A stretch of DNA of 64,000 nt from Gemmatimonadota bacterium (lineage in GTDB: Bacteria; Gemmatimonadota; Gemmatimonadetes; Palauibacterales; Palauibacteraceae): contig OZ220691.1 in NCBI GenBank assembly GCA_965116475.1, positions 64,001 to 128,000 of the forward strand, in the 5' to 3' direction. A program made the position numbers and the translations under genes. Below, one piece after another: positions 20,099 to 30,140 of this stretch. The notes below the pieces were generated by a model. That model saw nothing but the letters and a program-made list of their open reading frames with translations. It was not told the origin of the DNA and did not search any database. How positions within the stretch are numbered: position 1 is the first letter of the stretch; the number at the start of each line of letters is the position of its first letter.

Positions 20099-21127
20099 CT
20101 AGGCCCCGACGGCGGCGGGCAGGCGCTCTCCGACGAAACTCGCCAGGTCCACCAGGCGATTCGAATACCCCCACTCGTTGTCGTACCACGAGATGACCTT
20201 CACGAGCGTGCCGTCCATGACCGATGTCGACTGTGCATCGACGATCGCGCTGGCCGGGTGTCCCGTGAAGTCCACGGACACGAGCGGCTCTTCGGTGTAT
20301 TCGAGCACGCCGTCGAGCGGTCCCTCCGCGGCATCGCGAAACGCCGCGTTGATCTCGCCGGCCGACGTGTCGCGCGACACGGTGGCGACGAGGTCCACGA
20401 TCGACACGTCCGGCGTCGGGACGCGCATCGCCATCCCGTCGAGCTTCCCCCTGACCTGCGGGAGAACGAGGCCCACGGCCTTCGCCGCGCCCGTCGTCGT
20501 GGGGATGATCGAAAGCGCGGCCGCGCGGGCGCGCCGAAGGTCCTTGTGCGGGAGGTCGAGGAGCTGCTGGCCGTTCGTGTACGCGTGGACCGTCGTCATG
20601 AGGCCGCGCTCGAAGCCGAAGCGGTCCAGCAGGACCTTCACGACCGGGGCGATGCAGTTGGTCGTGCAGCTCGCGTTCGAGATCACGTCGTGCCGCCCCG
20701 GGTCGTATTCGTCACCGTTCACGCCCAGGACCAGCGTGATGTCCGGCTCGATGCCCGGCGCGGAGATGATGACCTTCTTCGCTCCGGCGCGCAGGTGCCG
20801 GGTCGCATCCTCCCGCTTGCGGAAGATGCCCGTGGATTCGATGACGATGTCCACGCCAAGTTCCGCCCACGGGAGGTCGGCCGGGTCGCGTTCGGAGAAG
20901 ACGCGCACGCGTTCCTCCCCCAGCACGAGTTCGCCCCCGTCCACTCGGACCTCGCCGGGAAAGCGGCCGTGCACGGAGTCGTACTTGAACAGATGGGCGA
21001 GCGTCGCCGCATCCGTGAGATCGTTTATCGCAACGAAATCGAGGTCGCCGCGCGGGTTCTCGAGCGCCGCGCGGAGGATGTTCCGGCCGATGCGACCGAA
21101 ACCGTTGATGGCCACCCTCACACTCAT
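20099..21127 (-). CDS. gap: Glyceraldehyde-3-phosphate dehydrogenase type I
   Basis: [18 protein letters not shown] and WYDNEWGYS. Confidence 0.98.
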   Translation of the reverse strand: MSVRVAINGFGRIGRNILRAALENPRGDLDFVAINDLTDAATLAHLFKYDSVHGRFPGEVRVDGGELVLGEERVRVFSERDPADLPWAELGVDIVIESTGIFRKREDATRHLRAGAKKVIISAPGIEPDITLVLGVNGDEYDPGRHDVISNASCTTNCIAPVVKVLLDRFGFERGLMTTVHAYTNGQQLLDLPHKDLRRARAAALSIIPTTTGAAKAVGLVLPQVRGKLDGMAMRVPTPDVSIVDLVATVSRDTSAGEINAAFRDAAEGPLDGVLEYTEEPLVSVDFTGHPASAIVDAQSTSVMDGTLVKVISWYDNEWGYSNRLVDLASFVGERLPAAVGA

Positions 21128-21170
21128 TCGGATTCCTCTCGGGAAGGATTACGGGCGACGCGCCCGGGTA

Positions 21171-21983
21171 CTACGGGCGACTCGCCCCGGTCGGCGATTC
21201 ATCCCCGTCCAGGGGACGCAAGGTGCGCGCAAAACTAACGGTGGCCACGCTGCGGAATCCAGCCTCGGCCAGCGTCTCGGCGCAGGCGATCGCGGTGGCT
21301 CCGGTCGTGAGTACATCGTCGACGACGATCGCGCTCCGGCCCCCATTCGGAAGGTCGGCGTGCAAGCGAAAGCGGCCCTGTACGTTCGCGCGGCGCAGCG
21401 CCCCGCGGACGCCCGCCTGGCGCCCGCCCCCCGGACGGCGGGCCAGGAACGGCCCCAGCGGTCCGAGGCCGCGGTCGGCCAGTGCGCGAGCGAGTTCCCC
21501 TGCCTGGTTGAAGCCCCGCTCGCGCTGCCGGGCGGGCGTAAGCGGCACCGGGATCAGCCACGGCGCGCCATCGTCGATCCGGGATGCGACCGCCGCGGCT
21601 GCGGGAGCCATGCGCGCGGCCATCCATGGAGCGAGGGAACGCCAGCGGTCGTACTTGAGGGCGCGTACGGTCCGGGCCGCGAGGCCTTCGAAGGCGAAGG
21701 GCGCGTCGGCCGCGACCAGGACTTCCGGCCACTCCTCGCACGTACCGCACCGCACGAGATCGCCGGCCGCCGCGGCGAGGTTCCCGAGCGGTTGAGCGCA
21801 GCGCGGGCAGCGGGGATTCGCCAGCCGCGGGAGGCGCGACCGGCACAGGGAGCACAGCGGCGGACCATCGGGAGCGACGCCGCGACGGCACCCGACGCAC
21901 GCCGCCGGCACGAGCGCATCGAAGGCCGCGGCGGCCGCCCTGCCCACGAGACGGAGCCGGCCAGCGCGCGGGGCGGCCCTCAC
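21171..21983 (-). CDS. comF: ComF family protein (zinc ribbon plus phosphoribosyltransferase)
   Basis: Four CxxC pairs, RGFNQA and VVDDVLTTGAT. Confidence 0.9.
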   Translation of the reverse strand: MRAAPRAGRLRLVGRAAAAAFDALVPAACVGCRRGVAPDGPPLCSLCRSRLPRLANPRCPRCAQPLGNLAAAAGDLVRCGTCEEWPEVLVAADAPFAFEGLAARTVRALKYDRWRSLAPWMAARMAPAAAAVASRIDDGAPWLIPVPLTPARQRERGFNQAGELARALADRGLGPLGPFLARRPGGGRQAGVRGALRRANVQGRFRLHADLPNGGRSAIVVDDVLTTGATAIACAETLAEAGFRSVATVSFARTLRPLDGDESPTGASRP

Positions 21984-22861
21984 GCGGCGCCCGATCGGTC
22001 CCCTGCTTCCCAACCCGTCCGCCGCGCGAGTTCCGCCACGGCCGCCTCTCGCATCGCGTCGAACGGGACGGCGCGGCCGGGGAACCAGCGCTCGAGCGAG
22101 AGCACCGCCTGGCCCACGAGCATGTCGAGTCCGCCCGCAGCCCGGATTCCGAGTGCGCGCGCGTGTCGGACCCACGCGGTTTCTCCAGCGGCGTACACCA
22201 TGTCGAAGGCGGCGCCGAACCGCGCCCGGTCCGATCCCCGGTCCGAGTGGCGATCCAGGTCGAGGGGGAGCGGGTCTCCGGGAGCCAGCCCGAGGCTCGT
22301 CGAGTTCAGCACGAGGTCGTACGCCGCGCCCGGGTGCGGCGCCGCGACGACGCGCACGGCGTCGGCCGCCCGGGACGGCGCCCGGTCGCGCAGCTCGCGC
22401 GCCCGCGCCGGCGTCCGGTTGAGGATTTCGACGGACGACGCGCCGTCCTCGAGCAGCGCGTGGACCGCCGCCCGGGCCGCGCCCCCGGCGCCCAGGAGGA
22501 GCACGCGCGCGCCGCGCGGCCGGAAGCCAAGGCGGGAGAAGGCGATGCGGAGGCCGCCGACGTCCGTGTTGTCGCCGGCGAGCTCGCCATCCGATCCCCG
22601 CCACCAGCAGTTGCACGCCCCGGTCGCCCGCACCGCGGCGCTCGGCCGCACGAGCGCGCGCGCCGCCCGCAGCTTGTGCGGGAGCGTCACGTTGCCGCCC
22701 GCCAAGTCCCCGCTCCGCATGACGGGTTCGACTTCGTCGGGAGTGGTCCGGCGGGCTACGTATTCCGCGTCGAGGCCGAGGACCTCGAAGGCAGCGCGGA
22801 GCATCGCGGGCGAAATCGAGTGCCCTACCGGATCCCCTAGGAGTGCGAAGCGGAGCGTCAC
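21980..22861 (-). CDS. aroE: Shikimate dehydrogenase
   Basis: G.PVGHS.SP, NVT.PHK, NTD..G, GAGGAARA and GL.MLV.QA. Confidence 0.95.
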   Translation of the reverse strand: MTLRFALLGDPVGHSISPAMLRAAFEVLGLDAEYVARRTTPDEVEPVMRSGDLAGGNVTLPHKLRAARALVRPSAAVRATGACNCWWRGSDGELAGDNTDVGGLRIAFSRLGFRPRGARVLLLGAGGAARAAVHALLEDGASSVEILNRTPARARELRDRAPSRAADAVRVVAAPHPGAAYDLVLNSTSLGLAPGDPLPLDLDRHSDRGSDRARFGAAFDMVYAAGETAWVRHARALGIRAAGGLDMLVGQAVLSLERWFPGRAVPFDAMREAAVAELARRTGWEAGDRSGAA

Positions 22862-23343
22862 GGCCGGGACCCTTCGCGCCCTCCCCGTTCTTCGCCGAGC
22901 GCGTCAAAGAGCCCCCGCATGGCCCGCATCAGCAACTTCCGCGTCGCTTCGTAGGTGTCGATATCTCCACCGTACGGATCCGGGACCCCGCCCCCGCGCC
23001 ACTCGTCGCCGGCGGGCAGAAAATCCGTCATGACGCGGACCGCGGCGCTCGGCGCCAGGCTCGCCGCCGCCCGGGCATGCGACACCTCCATGCCGATGAC
23101 CACGTCGGCCCATTCGAGCAGTTCGGGCGACAGTTCCCGCGAGGCGTGTGCCGCGAGGTCGAGTCCGTGCGCGGCCGCGACCGCGATCCCTGGACCCGAG
23201 GCCGGCTGGCCCGGAAATGCGAAGGTGCCCGCCGATGCGCAGACGACCTCCGCCCACCCTCGCGCTTCGGCCTCTCCCCGCGCGATCACCTCGGCCAGCG
23301 GGCTGCGGCATATGTTGCCGGTGCAGACGAAGAGGAGGTTCAT
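22858..23343 (-). CDS. Low-molecular-weight protein phosphatase (LMW-PTP / YwlE family)
   Basis: P-loop FVCTGNICRS and DPY motif. Confidence 0.92.
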   Translation of the reverse strand: MNLLFVCTGNICRSPLAEVIARGEAEARGWAEVVCASAGTFAFPGQPASGPGIAVAAAHGLDLAAHASRELSPELLEWADVVIGMEVSHARAAASLAPSAAVRVMTDFLPAGDEWRGGGVPDPYGGDIDTYEATRKLLMRAMRGLFDALGEERGGREGSRP

Positions 23344-23993
23344 CGGAGGACTCCCGTCACCTCCGTCGCCGACAGGGCGCCTTCTCGCAGGATTTCGACC
23401 GCTTCCCCCGTCACGCGCACGAGCGTCGATGGCGCCGAACCGGCGAGATCGCCCGCGTCGAGCCAGCCCAGCGTTCCCGCCGCGGATCCGACGTCGGACA
23501 GCACGGCGCGCACCTCCCGGCGCGTCCTCGCCGGGGCCTTCGCCGTCACGTTGAGGCTCGTGGAGGTCAGCAGCCCGCCGGCCCGGTCGAGGAGCCGTCG
23601 TACGACCGGGTGCGGATCGACGCGCACAGCGACCCCACCGTCGCTGCCGTCCTCCAGCACCAGGGTGAGCGGTCCGGGCCAGAATGCGTCGGCAAGCCGC
23701 CGTGCCGTCTCCGGCCACCGCGCCCCGGGCAGCGCCTCGCCGAGCGCACCGCGGCTCGCGGCGAGCCGGATCAACGGCCCCGGCGGCCGGCGCTTGATCG
23801 CGGCGATCCGCGCGTCGACATCCGGCCACGGCCGCCCGCCCAACCCGTACACCGTCGAGGTCGGGTGGGCCACGACTCCGCCGGCGTCGAGCAGCGCCGC
23901 CGCCCGGTCCAGCGCTTCATCTCCCGTCGCCAGCGCCCGTCCCGCACCGGCGGCCCCCTCCGGAGCCCCCGTCCACTCGCGCCATTTCACCAC
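23340..23993 (-). CDS. tsaC: L-threonylcarbamoyladenylate synthase (Sua5/YrdC/TsaC)
   Basis: PT.TVYGL, K.R, FWPGPLT, STS.N and PST.V. Confidence 0.88.
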   Translation of the reverse strand: MVKWREWTGAPEGAAGAGRALATGDEALDRAAALLDAGGVVAHPTSTVYGLGGRPWPDVDARIAAIKRRPPGPLIRLAASRGALGEALPGARWPETARRLADAFWPGPLTLVLEDGSDGGVAVRVDPHPVVRRLLDRAGGLLTSTSLNVTAKAPARTRREVRAVLSDVGSAAGTLGWLDAGDLAGSAPSTLVRVTGEAVEILREGALSATEVTGVLR

Positions 23994-24042
23994 GTCGAAT
24001 CCGTTCCCGCTCCTGTCTTCATCACGTCACGCGGTCACCGCG

Positions 24043-24771
24043 TTAATTCTCCGCGGCGATCAAGCCGGTCTCAATCATGGCCCGCGCGAGCGCCAGGTCG
24101 CCCGCGGTCGTGATCTTCAGGTTCGCCGGATCGCCCGCCACCGTGGACACATCGATGCCGAACCGCTCGCACAGCAGCGCGTCATCCGTCATGGTGGCGG
24201 CGTCCTGCGCTTCCCATGCGCCGGCGTCGTCGAGCGCGTGCGTACGGTTCAGGACCTCGGCCGGGAACCCCTGCGGCGTCTGTACGCGGCGGAGCCGTTC
24301 CCGCGGCACGGTCGCCTCGATCCAGCCTCCCTCGTCCACGCGCTTCACGGTGTCCTCGACGGCGATCACCGGCACGACGGGGCCGGTGCGAGCCCCGTCC
24401 ACGACGCGGGAGACGAGTTCGGCGGACACGAACGGCCGCGCTCCATCATGCACGAGCACGGTCTCGACGGCGCCCGCCAGCGCCGCGGCGCCGGCGCGCA
24501 CCGAGTCGGCCCGGAACACGCCGCCCGGCACGACGAGCACCCCCTCCGGAAGCCAGGCCGGCGGCGAGGCCGCCCGCGGCGGCGCCAGCACGACCGCGAC
24601 CCGGTCGACGTCGGGATGGTTCACGAGCGTGCGCACCGACCAGGCGAGCACGGGCATGCCGCAGAGGTCGACGAACTGCTTGGGCCGCGACGCGCCGAAG
24701 CGATGTCCCTGCCCCGCCGCAACGACGACGGCGCCGACGCCGCGGACGGCCGCCGGGCCTCCCCCCGGCAC
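24043..24771 (-). CDS. ispD: 2-C-methyl-D-erythritol 4-phosphate cytidylyltransferase
   Basis: AAG.G.RF...PKQF, VHDGARP, QTPQGF, TDD and N.KIT. Confidence 0.95.
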   Translation of the reverse strand: MPGGGPAAVRGVGAVVVAAGQGHRFGASRPKQFVDLCGMPVLAWSVRTLVNHPDVDRVAVVLAPPRAASPPAWLPEGVLVVPGGVFRADSVRAGAAALAGAVETVLVHDGARPFVSAELVSRVVDGARTGPVVPVIAVEDTVKRVDEGGWIEATVPRERLRRVQTPQGFPAEVLNRTHALDDAGAWEAQDAATMTDDALLCERFGIDVSTVAGDPANLKITTAGDLALARAMIETGLIAAEN

Positions 24772-26156
24772 TAGTCGGGTTCCGGGCGGCGGCTCACGGA
24801 CTCGAACGCCGTGAAGGCCTTGTGGAAATAGAGGTCGACGGTTCCGGTGGGCCCGTTGCGCTGCTTGCCCACGATGAGTTCGGCCTTCCCCGCCAGTCCC
24901 CGTTCCTCCACCTCTTCCGGCTTGCGGTGCATCTCCTCACGGAAGATGAAAAGGACGACGTCCGCATCCTGCTCGATCGCCCCGGACTCGCGCAGGTCCG
25001 AGAGCCGCGGCCGGTTCCCCTCGCGCTGTTCGGGCGCCCGCGACAGCTGGGAGAGCGCGAGGAGCGGCACGCCGACCTCCTTCGCGATCGCCTTCAGCGA
25101 CCGGGAGATCGCGCTGATCTCCTGCTGACGGTTCTCGACGCGCGCCCCGCCGGACATCAGCTGCAGGTAGTCGAGCACGACGAGCCCGACCCCGACTTCC
25201 GCGTGCAGGCGCCGCACCTTGGCGCGGAGCTCGATGGGCGAGATCGCGGGCGTGTCGTCGATCCAGATCGGGGCCGTGTTCAGGTGGCCCGCTCCGCTCG
25301 CCAGCCGCGTGAAGTCGTCGGACGACAACCGCCCGGTGCGGATCCGGCTCGAATCCACCTTCGACTCCGCGCTCAGCATCCGCTGCACCAGGGATTCCCT
25401 CGACATTTCGAGCGAGAAGATCGCCACCGGGACATCCTCGCCGATTGCCGTATGCTGGGCGATGTTCAGCGCGAGGGCCGTCTTGCCCATCGAGGGGCGC
25501 CCGGCGAGGACGATCAGGTCGGCGGGTTGGAACCCCGCCGTCATCCGGTCGAGATCGGAGAACCCCGACGCGACGCCGGTGATCGAACCGGGGTTTCGCA
25601 CGAGTTCGTCGATCCGGTCCATCGTCGAGCGCAGGACTTCCTTGATGCGGACGAAGGTCCCGCGCTGCTCCGCCTGCGAAATCTCGAAGATCCGCTGCTC
25701 CGCGCGGTCGAGCGTCTCGTCGACTTCGCCCGAGCCCGCCTCGTAGGCGTCCTGGACGATCTCGGTGGCACTGGAGATGAGCCGCCGGAGCACCGTCTTG
25801 TCGCGCAGGATCCGGCAGTGGTGGCCGACGTTGGCGGCGGTGGGCACCGCGTCCACGAGCCTCGCGAGGTACGCCATCCCCCCGACGGCGTCGAGTTCCC
25901 CGGCCGTCTGGAGTTCGTCGGCGAGCGTGACGGCGTCGATCACGTCGCCGCGCCCGTACAGGCGCACCATCGCGCGAAAGATTCGACGATTCCCCTCCCG
26001 ATGGAAGGCGGAATCGTCGATCCGCTCGAGGGCGACGGCCACGGCATCGCCGTCGATGAGCATCGCCCCGAGGACCGAGATTTCGGCCTCCTCGGACCAG
26101 GGCGTGCGCCGGGCCTCGATCGCGTCGCTGGGGAGACTGATCGCCGTGTCAACCAA
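24771..26156 (-). CDS. dnaB: Replicative DNA helicase
   Basis: GRPSMGKT, SLEM, DYLQL, LSQLSR and DLRESGAIEQDAD. No intein. Confidence 0.98.
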   Translation of the reverse strand: MVDTAISLPSDAIEARRTPWSEEAEISVLGAMLIDGDAVAVALERIDDSAFHREGNRRIFRAMVRLYGRGDVIDAVTLADELQTAGELDAVGGMAYLARLVDAVPTAANVGHHCRILRDKTVLRRLISSATEIVQDAYEAGSGEVDETLDRAEQRIFEISQAEQRGTFVRIKEVLRSTMDRIDELVRNPGSITGVASGFSDLDRMTAGFQPADLIVLAGRPSMGKTALALNIAQHTAIGEDVPVAIFSLEMSRESLVQRMLSAESKVDSSRIRTGRLSSDDFTRLASGAGHLNTAPIWIDDTPAISPIELRAKVRRLHAEVGVGLVVLDYLQLMSGGARVENRQQEISAISRSLKAIAKEVGVPLLALSQLSRAPEQREGNRPRLSDLRESGAIEQDADVVLFIFREEMHRKPEEVEERGLAGKAELIVGKQRNGPTGTVDLYFHKAFTAFESVSRRPEPD

Positions 26157-26979
26157 TGCCGGCCTCGCGATCTTCGACGCCGTCGAGCATGCGGCGCACC
26201 ATCTGCAGATCCTCCCAGGTGGGGCGGATCCAGCCCGGGTTTCGGAGCAGCGCCGCCGGGTGGTACGTGACGACGACGGGATATCCGGAATAGCGATGGA
26301 CGGCGCCGCGGAGCCGGCCGAGCGCGGATTTCGTTTCGAGCAGCGTGCGCGCGGCGAAGGCGCCGAAGGCGATGATGACCTCGGGTTCGATGAGCGCCAG
26401 TTGCCTCAGGAGATAGGGAGCGCAGGCCGCGACCTCCTCCGGGAGCGGGTCGCGGTTTCGGGGCGGCCGGGACTTCAGCACGTTGCAGATATAGACGGAC
26501 GTCCGCGGAAGCCCGACCGAGAGCAGCAAGCGGTCGAGCAGCCGGCCGGCGCGGCCGACGAAGGGGCGGCCGGACTCGTCCTCGTGCATCCCGGGCGCCT
26601 CCCCCACGCACACGACGCGGGCGTCCGCCGCGCCCTCGCCGAAGACCGGGTTCTTCCGCGATTCGTGGAGCGTGCAGCGGGTGCAGGTGCCGACCAGCGC
26701 GGCCAGCGTCTCCAGGTCCGGCGCCTCCGCGATCATCGCCCCCGTCACCGTCGGCGTGGCGCTCGTCACCGCATCCGGCGGAGCGTCAGCAACCCCTCGC
26801 GCGTCCCGTCGCGCGCCCTCTCGCGCGTCTCCTCGCGCCGGGTGTCCGGCGGCGGCCAGCCCGCGCACAACCGCTTCGCGCGTCGCGTGCTCGAGCATGA
26901 GCGCGTTCCCCTCCGCGGAGAGCGTCTGCTCGAAAAAGGTGCGCGCGAGCGCCCGGGCTTCGGCGTCCGGCGGGTTCAC
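26149..26979 (-). CDS. Uracil-DNA glycosylase family 4
   Basis: CTRC.L, VGEAPG..ED..GRPFVG, N.LK.RPP.NR.P and TYHPAALLR. Confidence 0.93.
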   Translation of the reverse strand: MNPPDAEARALARTFFEQTLSAEGNALMLEHATREAVVRGLAAAGHPARGDAREGARRDARGVADAPPDAVTSATPTVTGAMIAEAPDLETLAALVGTCTRCTLHESRKNPVFGEGAADARVVCVGEAPGMHEDESGRPFVGRAGRLLDRLLLSVGLPRTSVYICNVLKSRPPRNRDPLPEEVAACAPYLLRQLALIEPEVIIAFGAFAARTLLETKSALGRLRGAVHRYSGYPVVVTYHPAALLRNPGWIRPTWEDLQMVRRMLDGVEDREAGIG

Positions 26980-28193
26980 CTCCCGGCCGCCGCCGGGATC
27001 GAGGCTTCGACCCGGTCGAGCAACGCGTCCGCCAACTCGGTCTTCTTCGCCAAAGGCAACTCCTCGACCCTGCCGCTCCGGTCGATCAGCGTGATGCGGT
27101 TCGTCTCGGACTCGAATCCCGCGCCGGGCTCCACCGCCGAGTTCACGGCGACGAGGTGCATACCCTTCCGCTCGAGTTTCTCCCGTCCGCGGGTGAGAAG
27201 GTCCTCCGTCTCGAGCGCGAACCCCAGAGTAAAGATTCCCTTCCGTTCGCGGAACGCCCGCGTCTCCATAAGGAGGTCCGGGCCCGCCCGGAGCACGAGT
27301 TCGAAACCCGTCCCGGCCCCGTCCGTCTTCTTGATCTTGGAGTCCGCCGCGCGGGCCGGCTCGAAATCGCCGACGGCGGCCGCCATCAGAAGGATGTCGG
27401 CATCCGTCAACGCGGTCTCCAGCGCGGCCAGCATCTCGCCGGCCGTCTCGACCTCCACCACGTCGGGACCGGGGGGGCACGGCACCCGGCCGGGTCCGCT
27501 GATGAGCGTGACGTCGCCCCCGCGCCGCCAGGCCGCCTCGGCGAGCGCGAACCCCATGCGGCCCGAAGAGCGGTTCGTGATGAAGCGGACGGGATCCAGC
27601 GCGGCTCTCGTCGGCCCCGCCGTCGCCACGACCTTTCGTCCGCTCAGGCCGGTCGCCGTCTCCAGCGCCCGTCCGATGCGCGGCAGGATTTCCTCCGGCT
27701 CCAGCAGCCGCCCCGGCCCGCTCTCGCCCTCCGCGAGCGGACCATCGGCCGGCCCGGCGATCGCGTAGCCGACATCGGCCAGCCGCGCGACGTTCGCCTG
27801 GGTAATCGGATGCTCCCACATGCGGGTGTTCATCGCGGGACAGACGATCACCGGCGCGCGCGAGGCCAGCACGGCGGTCGTCGCCAGATCGTCCGCGGCC
27901 CCGGCCGCGAGCCTGGAAATGAGGTTGGCCGTCGCGGGCGCGACGACGACGACATCGGCTTCGAGTCCGAGATCCAGATGCGCCATGGGCCGGTCCCACA
28001 ACGACGCGTGTACCGGACGGCCGGTAATCCCCTCGAAGGTGACGCGCCCGATGAAACGCTCGGCCGACGCGGTGAGGATGACCTCGACCCCGGCCCCGGC
28101 CTCGATCAGGCGGCGGGCAAGGATCGCGCTCTTGTACGCGGCAATCCCGCCGGATACGACAAGCAGCGCGCGACGACCGTCAAAGGGCCGCAC
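26976..28193 (-). CDS. coaBC: Bifunctional phosphopantothenoylcysteine decarboxylase / ligase
   Basis: SGGIAAYK, APATAN, PAMN..MW, TAGPT..DPVRFITNRSSG.MG and GFALET. Confidence 0.97.
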   Translation of the reverse strand: MRPFDGRRALLVVSGGIAAYKSAILARRLIEAGAGVEVILTASAERFIGRVTFEGITGRPVHASLWDRPMAHLDLGLEADVVVVAPATANLISRLAAGAADDLATTAVLASRAPVIVCPAMNTRMWEHPITQANVARLADVGYAIAGPADGPLAEGESGPGRLLEPEEILPRIGRALETATGLSGRKVVATAGPTRAALDPVRFITNRSSGRMGFALAEAAWRRGGDVTLISGPGRVPCPPGPDVVEVETAGEMLAALETALTDADILLMAAAVGDFEPARAADSKIKKTDGAGTGFELVLRAGPDLLMETRAFRERKGIFTLGFALETEDLLTRGREKLERKGMHLVAVNSAVEPGAGFESETNRITLIDRSGRVEELPLAKKTELADALLDRVEASIPAAAGR

Positions 28194-28233
28194 GGAGCTA
28201 GCGGTCCGGCAGGGGTTTCGCCACGGGCTGCTG

Positions 28234-28455
28234 CTAGGGCATCAGGGTGGGGCGCGCCCGGGCCAGCCGGTATTGCAGCTTCTTTTCCTCCGAGGTCAGC
28301 GCGTCCGCGGCGACCGTCGTCAGCTTCTCCGCGCCGTACGGCGAGTGTTCGAGCGGGAGGGCGTTGAGTTCGCGCGCATACTTCGCGGCGATGAGCACGC
28401 CCAGGTACTTGTTGGTCGCCGCCTTTGCCACGGCGTCCGGGGTAAAGACCTTCAT
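28234..28455 (-). CDS. rpoZ: RNA polymerase omega subunit
   Basis: NKY..V..AAK.AR.L motif and gmk-rpoZ-coaBC synteny. Confidence 0.85.
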   Translation of the reverse strand: MKVFTPDAVAKAATNKYLGVLIAAKYARELNALPLEHSPYGAEKLTTVAADALTSEEKKLQYRLARARPTLMP

Positions 28456-28577
28456 TCCATTTCTCCCTCGACCATCACGGTCCAGCGCTTTCCGTCGCGC
28501 TTTCGATCGCGCATTCTACCGCACTCCGCGCCGCGGCCCGAACCGAGCCGCGCCCATTGAGCAATCTACCACATGCG

Positions 28578-29234
28578 TCAAAGGGCATCCAACTCCCCGA
28601 TGATGCGTTTCACGTACCGCCACTCCGCCGCACCCAGACGACGGCCGGGCAGGAGCCCCTTCGCCACGAGCACCGACACCGCGGCGACCGCTTCCTCGAT
28701 CCGGTCGTTGACGACGAGCCGGTCGAACTCGGCCGCGGCCTCCAACTCGGATCGGGCGTTCGCAAGCCGGCGCCGGAGTTGCGCCGGGCTCTCGCTGCCC
28801 CGACCCCGCAACTGCCGCGCAATCCGTTCTCCGGTGGGCGGAACGATGAAGATCGACAGGACCTCCGTCACGGCCTCCCACACCTGCCGCGCCCCCTGCA
28901 CGTCGATGTCCAGCAGGAGATGGGCGCCCGCTTCCCGCGCCCGGTCGAGGTTGTCACGCGGCGTTCCGTAGCGCTCGCCATGGACCGTCGCGTATTCGAG
29001 CATGGCCCCGTCGTCGACGAGCGCCTCGAAGCGGTCTCGCGAGACGAACCGGTAGTCCACGCCATCCCGCTCCCCCGCGCGCGGCGCCCGCGTCGTCATC
29101 GAGACCGAGAACAGGAATCCGGGAGAGCGGGTTTGAACGAGCAACCGGTCGCGGATCGTCGTCTTACCCGCCCCGGAGGGGCCGGAGAGAATGACGGGAA
29201 ACAGCGGAGGCGAGCCGGATGCCGCCGGGCTCAC
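28578..29234 (-). CDS. gmk: Guanylate kinase
   Basis: SGPSGAGKTT, TTR.PR.GE.DG.DY.F and IDVQGA. Confidence 0.96.
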   Translation of the reverse strand: MSPAASGSPPLFPVILSGPSGAGKTTIRDRLLVQTRSPGFLFSVSMTTRAPRAGERDGVDYRFVSRDRFEALVDDGAMLEYATVHGERYGTPRDNLDRAREAGAHLLLDIDVQGARQVWEAVTEVLSIFIVPPTGERIARQLRGRGSESPAQLRRRLANARSELEAAAEFDRLVVNDRIEEAVAAVSVLVAKGLLPGRRLGAAEWRYVKRIIGELDAL

Positions 29235-30109
29235 TCGACGTTCTCCACCTGTTCCCGGAGCCTCTCGATCTCGTTCTTCGCCTCCACCACGAGTCTCGAG
29301 ATACGGGAGTCGTTCGCCTTTGCCCCCAGCGTGTTGAATTCGCGCTGCAACTCCTGCACGAGAAAGCCGAGCCGCCGCCCCACCGGCTCGTCGATCGGGG
29401 CCTCGAGAAACTCCTCGAACGCTTCCACGTGCGAGCGCGCGCGCACGAGTTCCTCGCTGATCTCCCAGCGGTCCGCAATGAGGGCGATCTCGCGCAGCAG
29501 CCGGTCCTCGTCCAGATCCTTCCCCGCCAGATCCGCGACCGCGTCACGGAGCCGGCGGCGCTCGCGTGCGAGCCGTTCCGGCGCCATCGCCTCCGCGCCG
29601 TCGATCGCCTCCCGCAGCCCCGCCAGCCGTCCCCGAAGGTCGACTTCGAGCCGGGCCCCTTCCCCATCCCGCATCTCCACCAGCAGATCGAGCGCGGCCG
29701 CCGCCGCCCGCTTCACATCTTGCAGCTCCGGCACGAACTCCGCGCCTTCGCCGGCCTTGCAGAAGATGCCCCCCACGCGCAGCAGCGAAGCCACGTCCGG
29801 TTCGCCGGACACCCCGAAGTGGTCCCGGAGCCGTGCGCACGCGTCGAGCACTTCCCGCACGCGCGCCTCGTCGAGGCTCGCACCTCCCGTCGCCGGCGCG
29901 CCTTCCACGCGAACGAAAAGGTCCAGGCGCCCGCGGCGGGCCCGGGATTCCGCGAGGGCGCGTAGCTCGCTTTCCCGGCCTTCGACCCCGGGGGGGGCCT
30001 TCACGACGACCTTCAGCCCCCGCGAATTCACCGAGCGCGCCTCGACCGTGACCGTCCCGTCCTCCCGCGTCACGGCCGCCGACCCGTAGCCGGTCATGCT
30101 GCGAATCAC
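29231..30109 (-). CDS. yicC: YicC/YloC family endoribonuclease
   Basis: IRSMTGYG, RSVNSR, GRRL.FL.QE..RE.NT.G.K and REQVENVE. Confidence 0.95.
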   Translation of the reverse strand: MIRSMTGYGSAAVTREDGTVTVEARSVNSRGLKVVVKAPPGVEGRESELRALAESRARRGRLDLFVRVEGAPATGGASLDEARVREVLDACARLRDHFGVSGEPDVASLLRVGGIFCKAGEGAEFVPELQDVKRAAAAALDLLVEMRDGEGARLEVDLRGRLAGLREAIDGAEAMAPERLARERRRLRDAVADLAGKDLDEDRLLREIALIADRWEISEELVRARSHVEAFEEFLEAPIDEPVGRRLGFLVQELQREFNTLGAKANDSRISRLVVEAKNEIERLREQVENVE

Positions 30110-30140
30110 TTCGACCTCCGCCGGCGCGGCGCTCGTCCCA

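Noticed and set aside
24771-26156. Intein in dnaB
   Set aside because: The length (461 aa) and motif spacing are normal, with no insertion.
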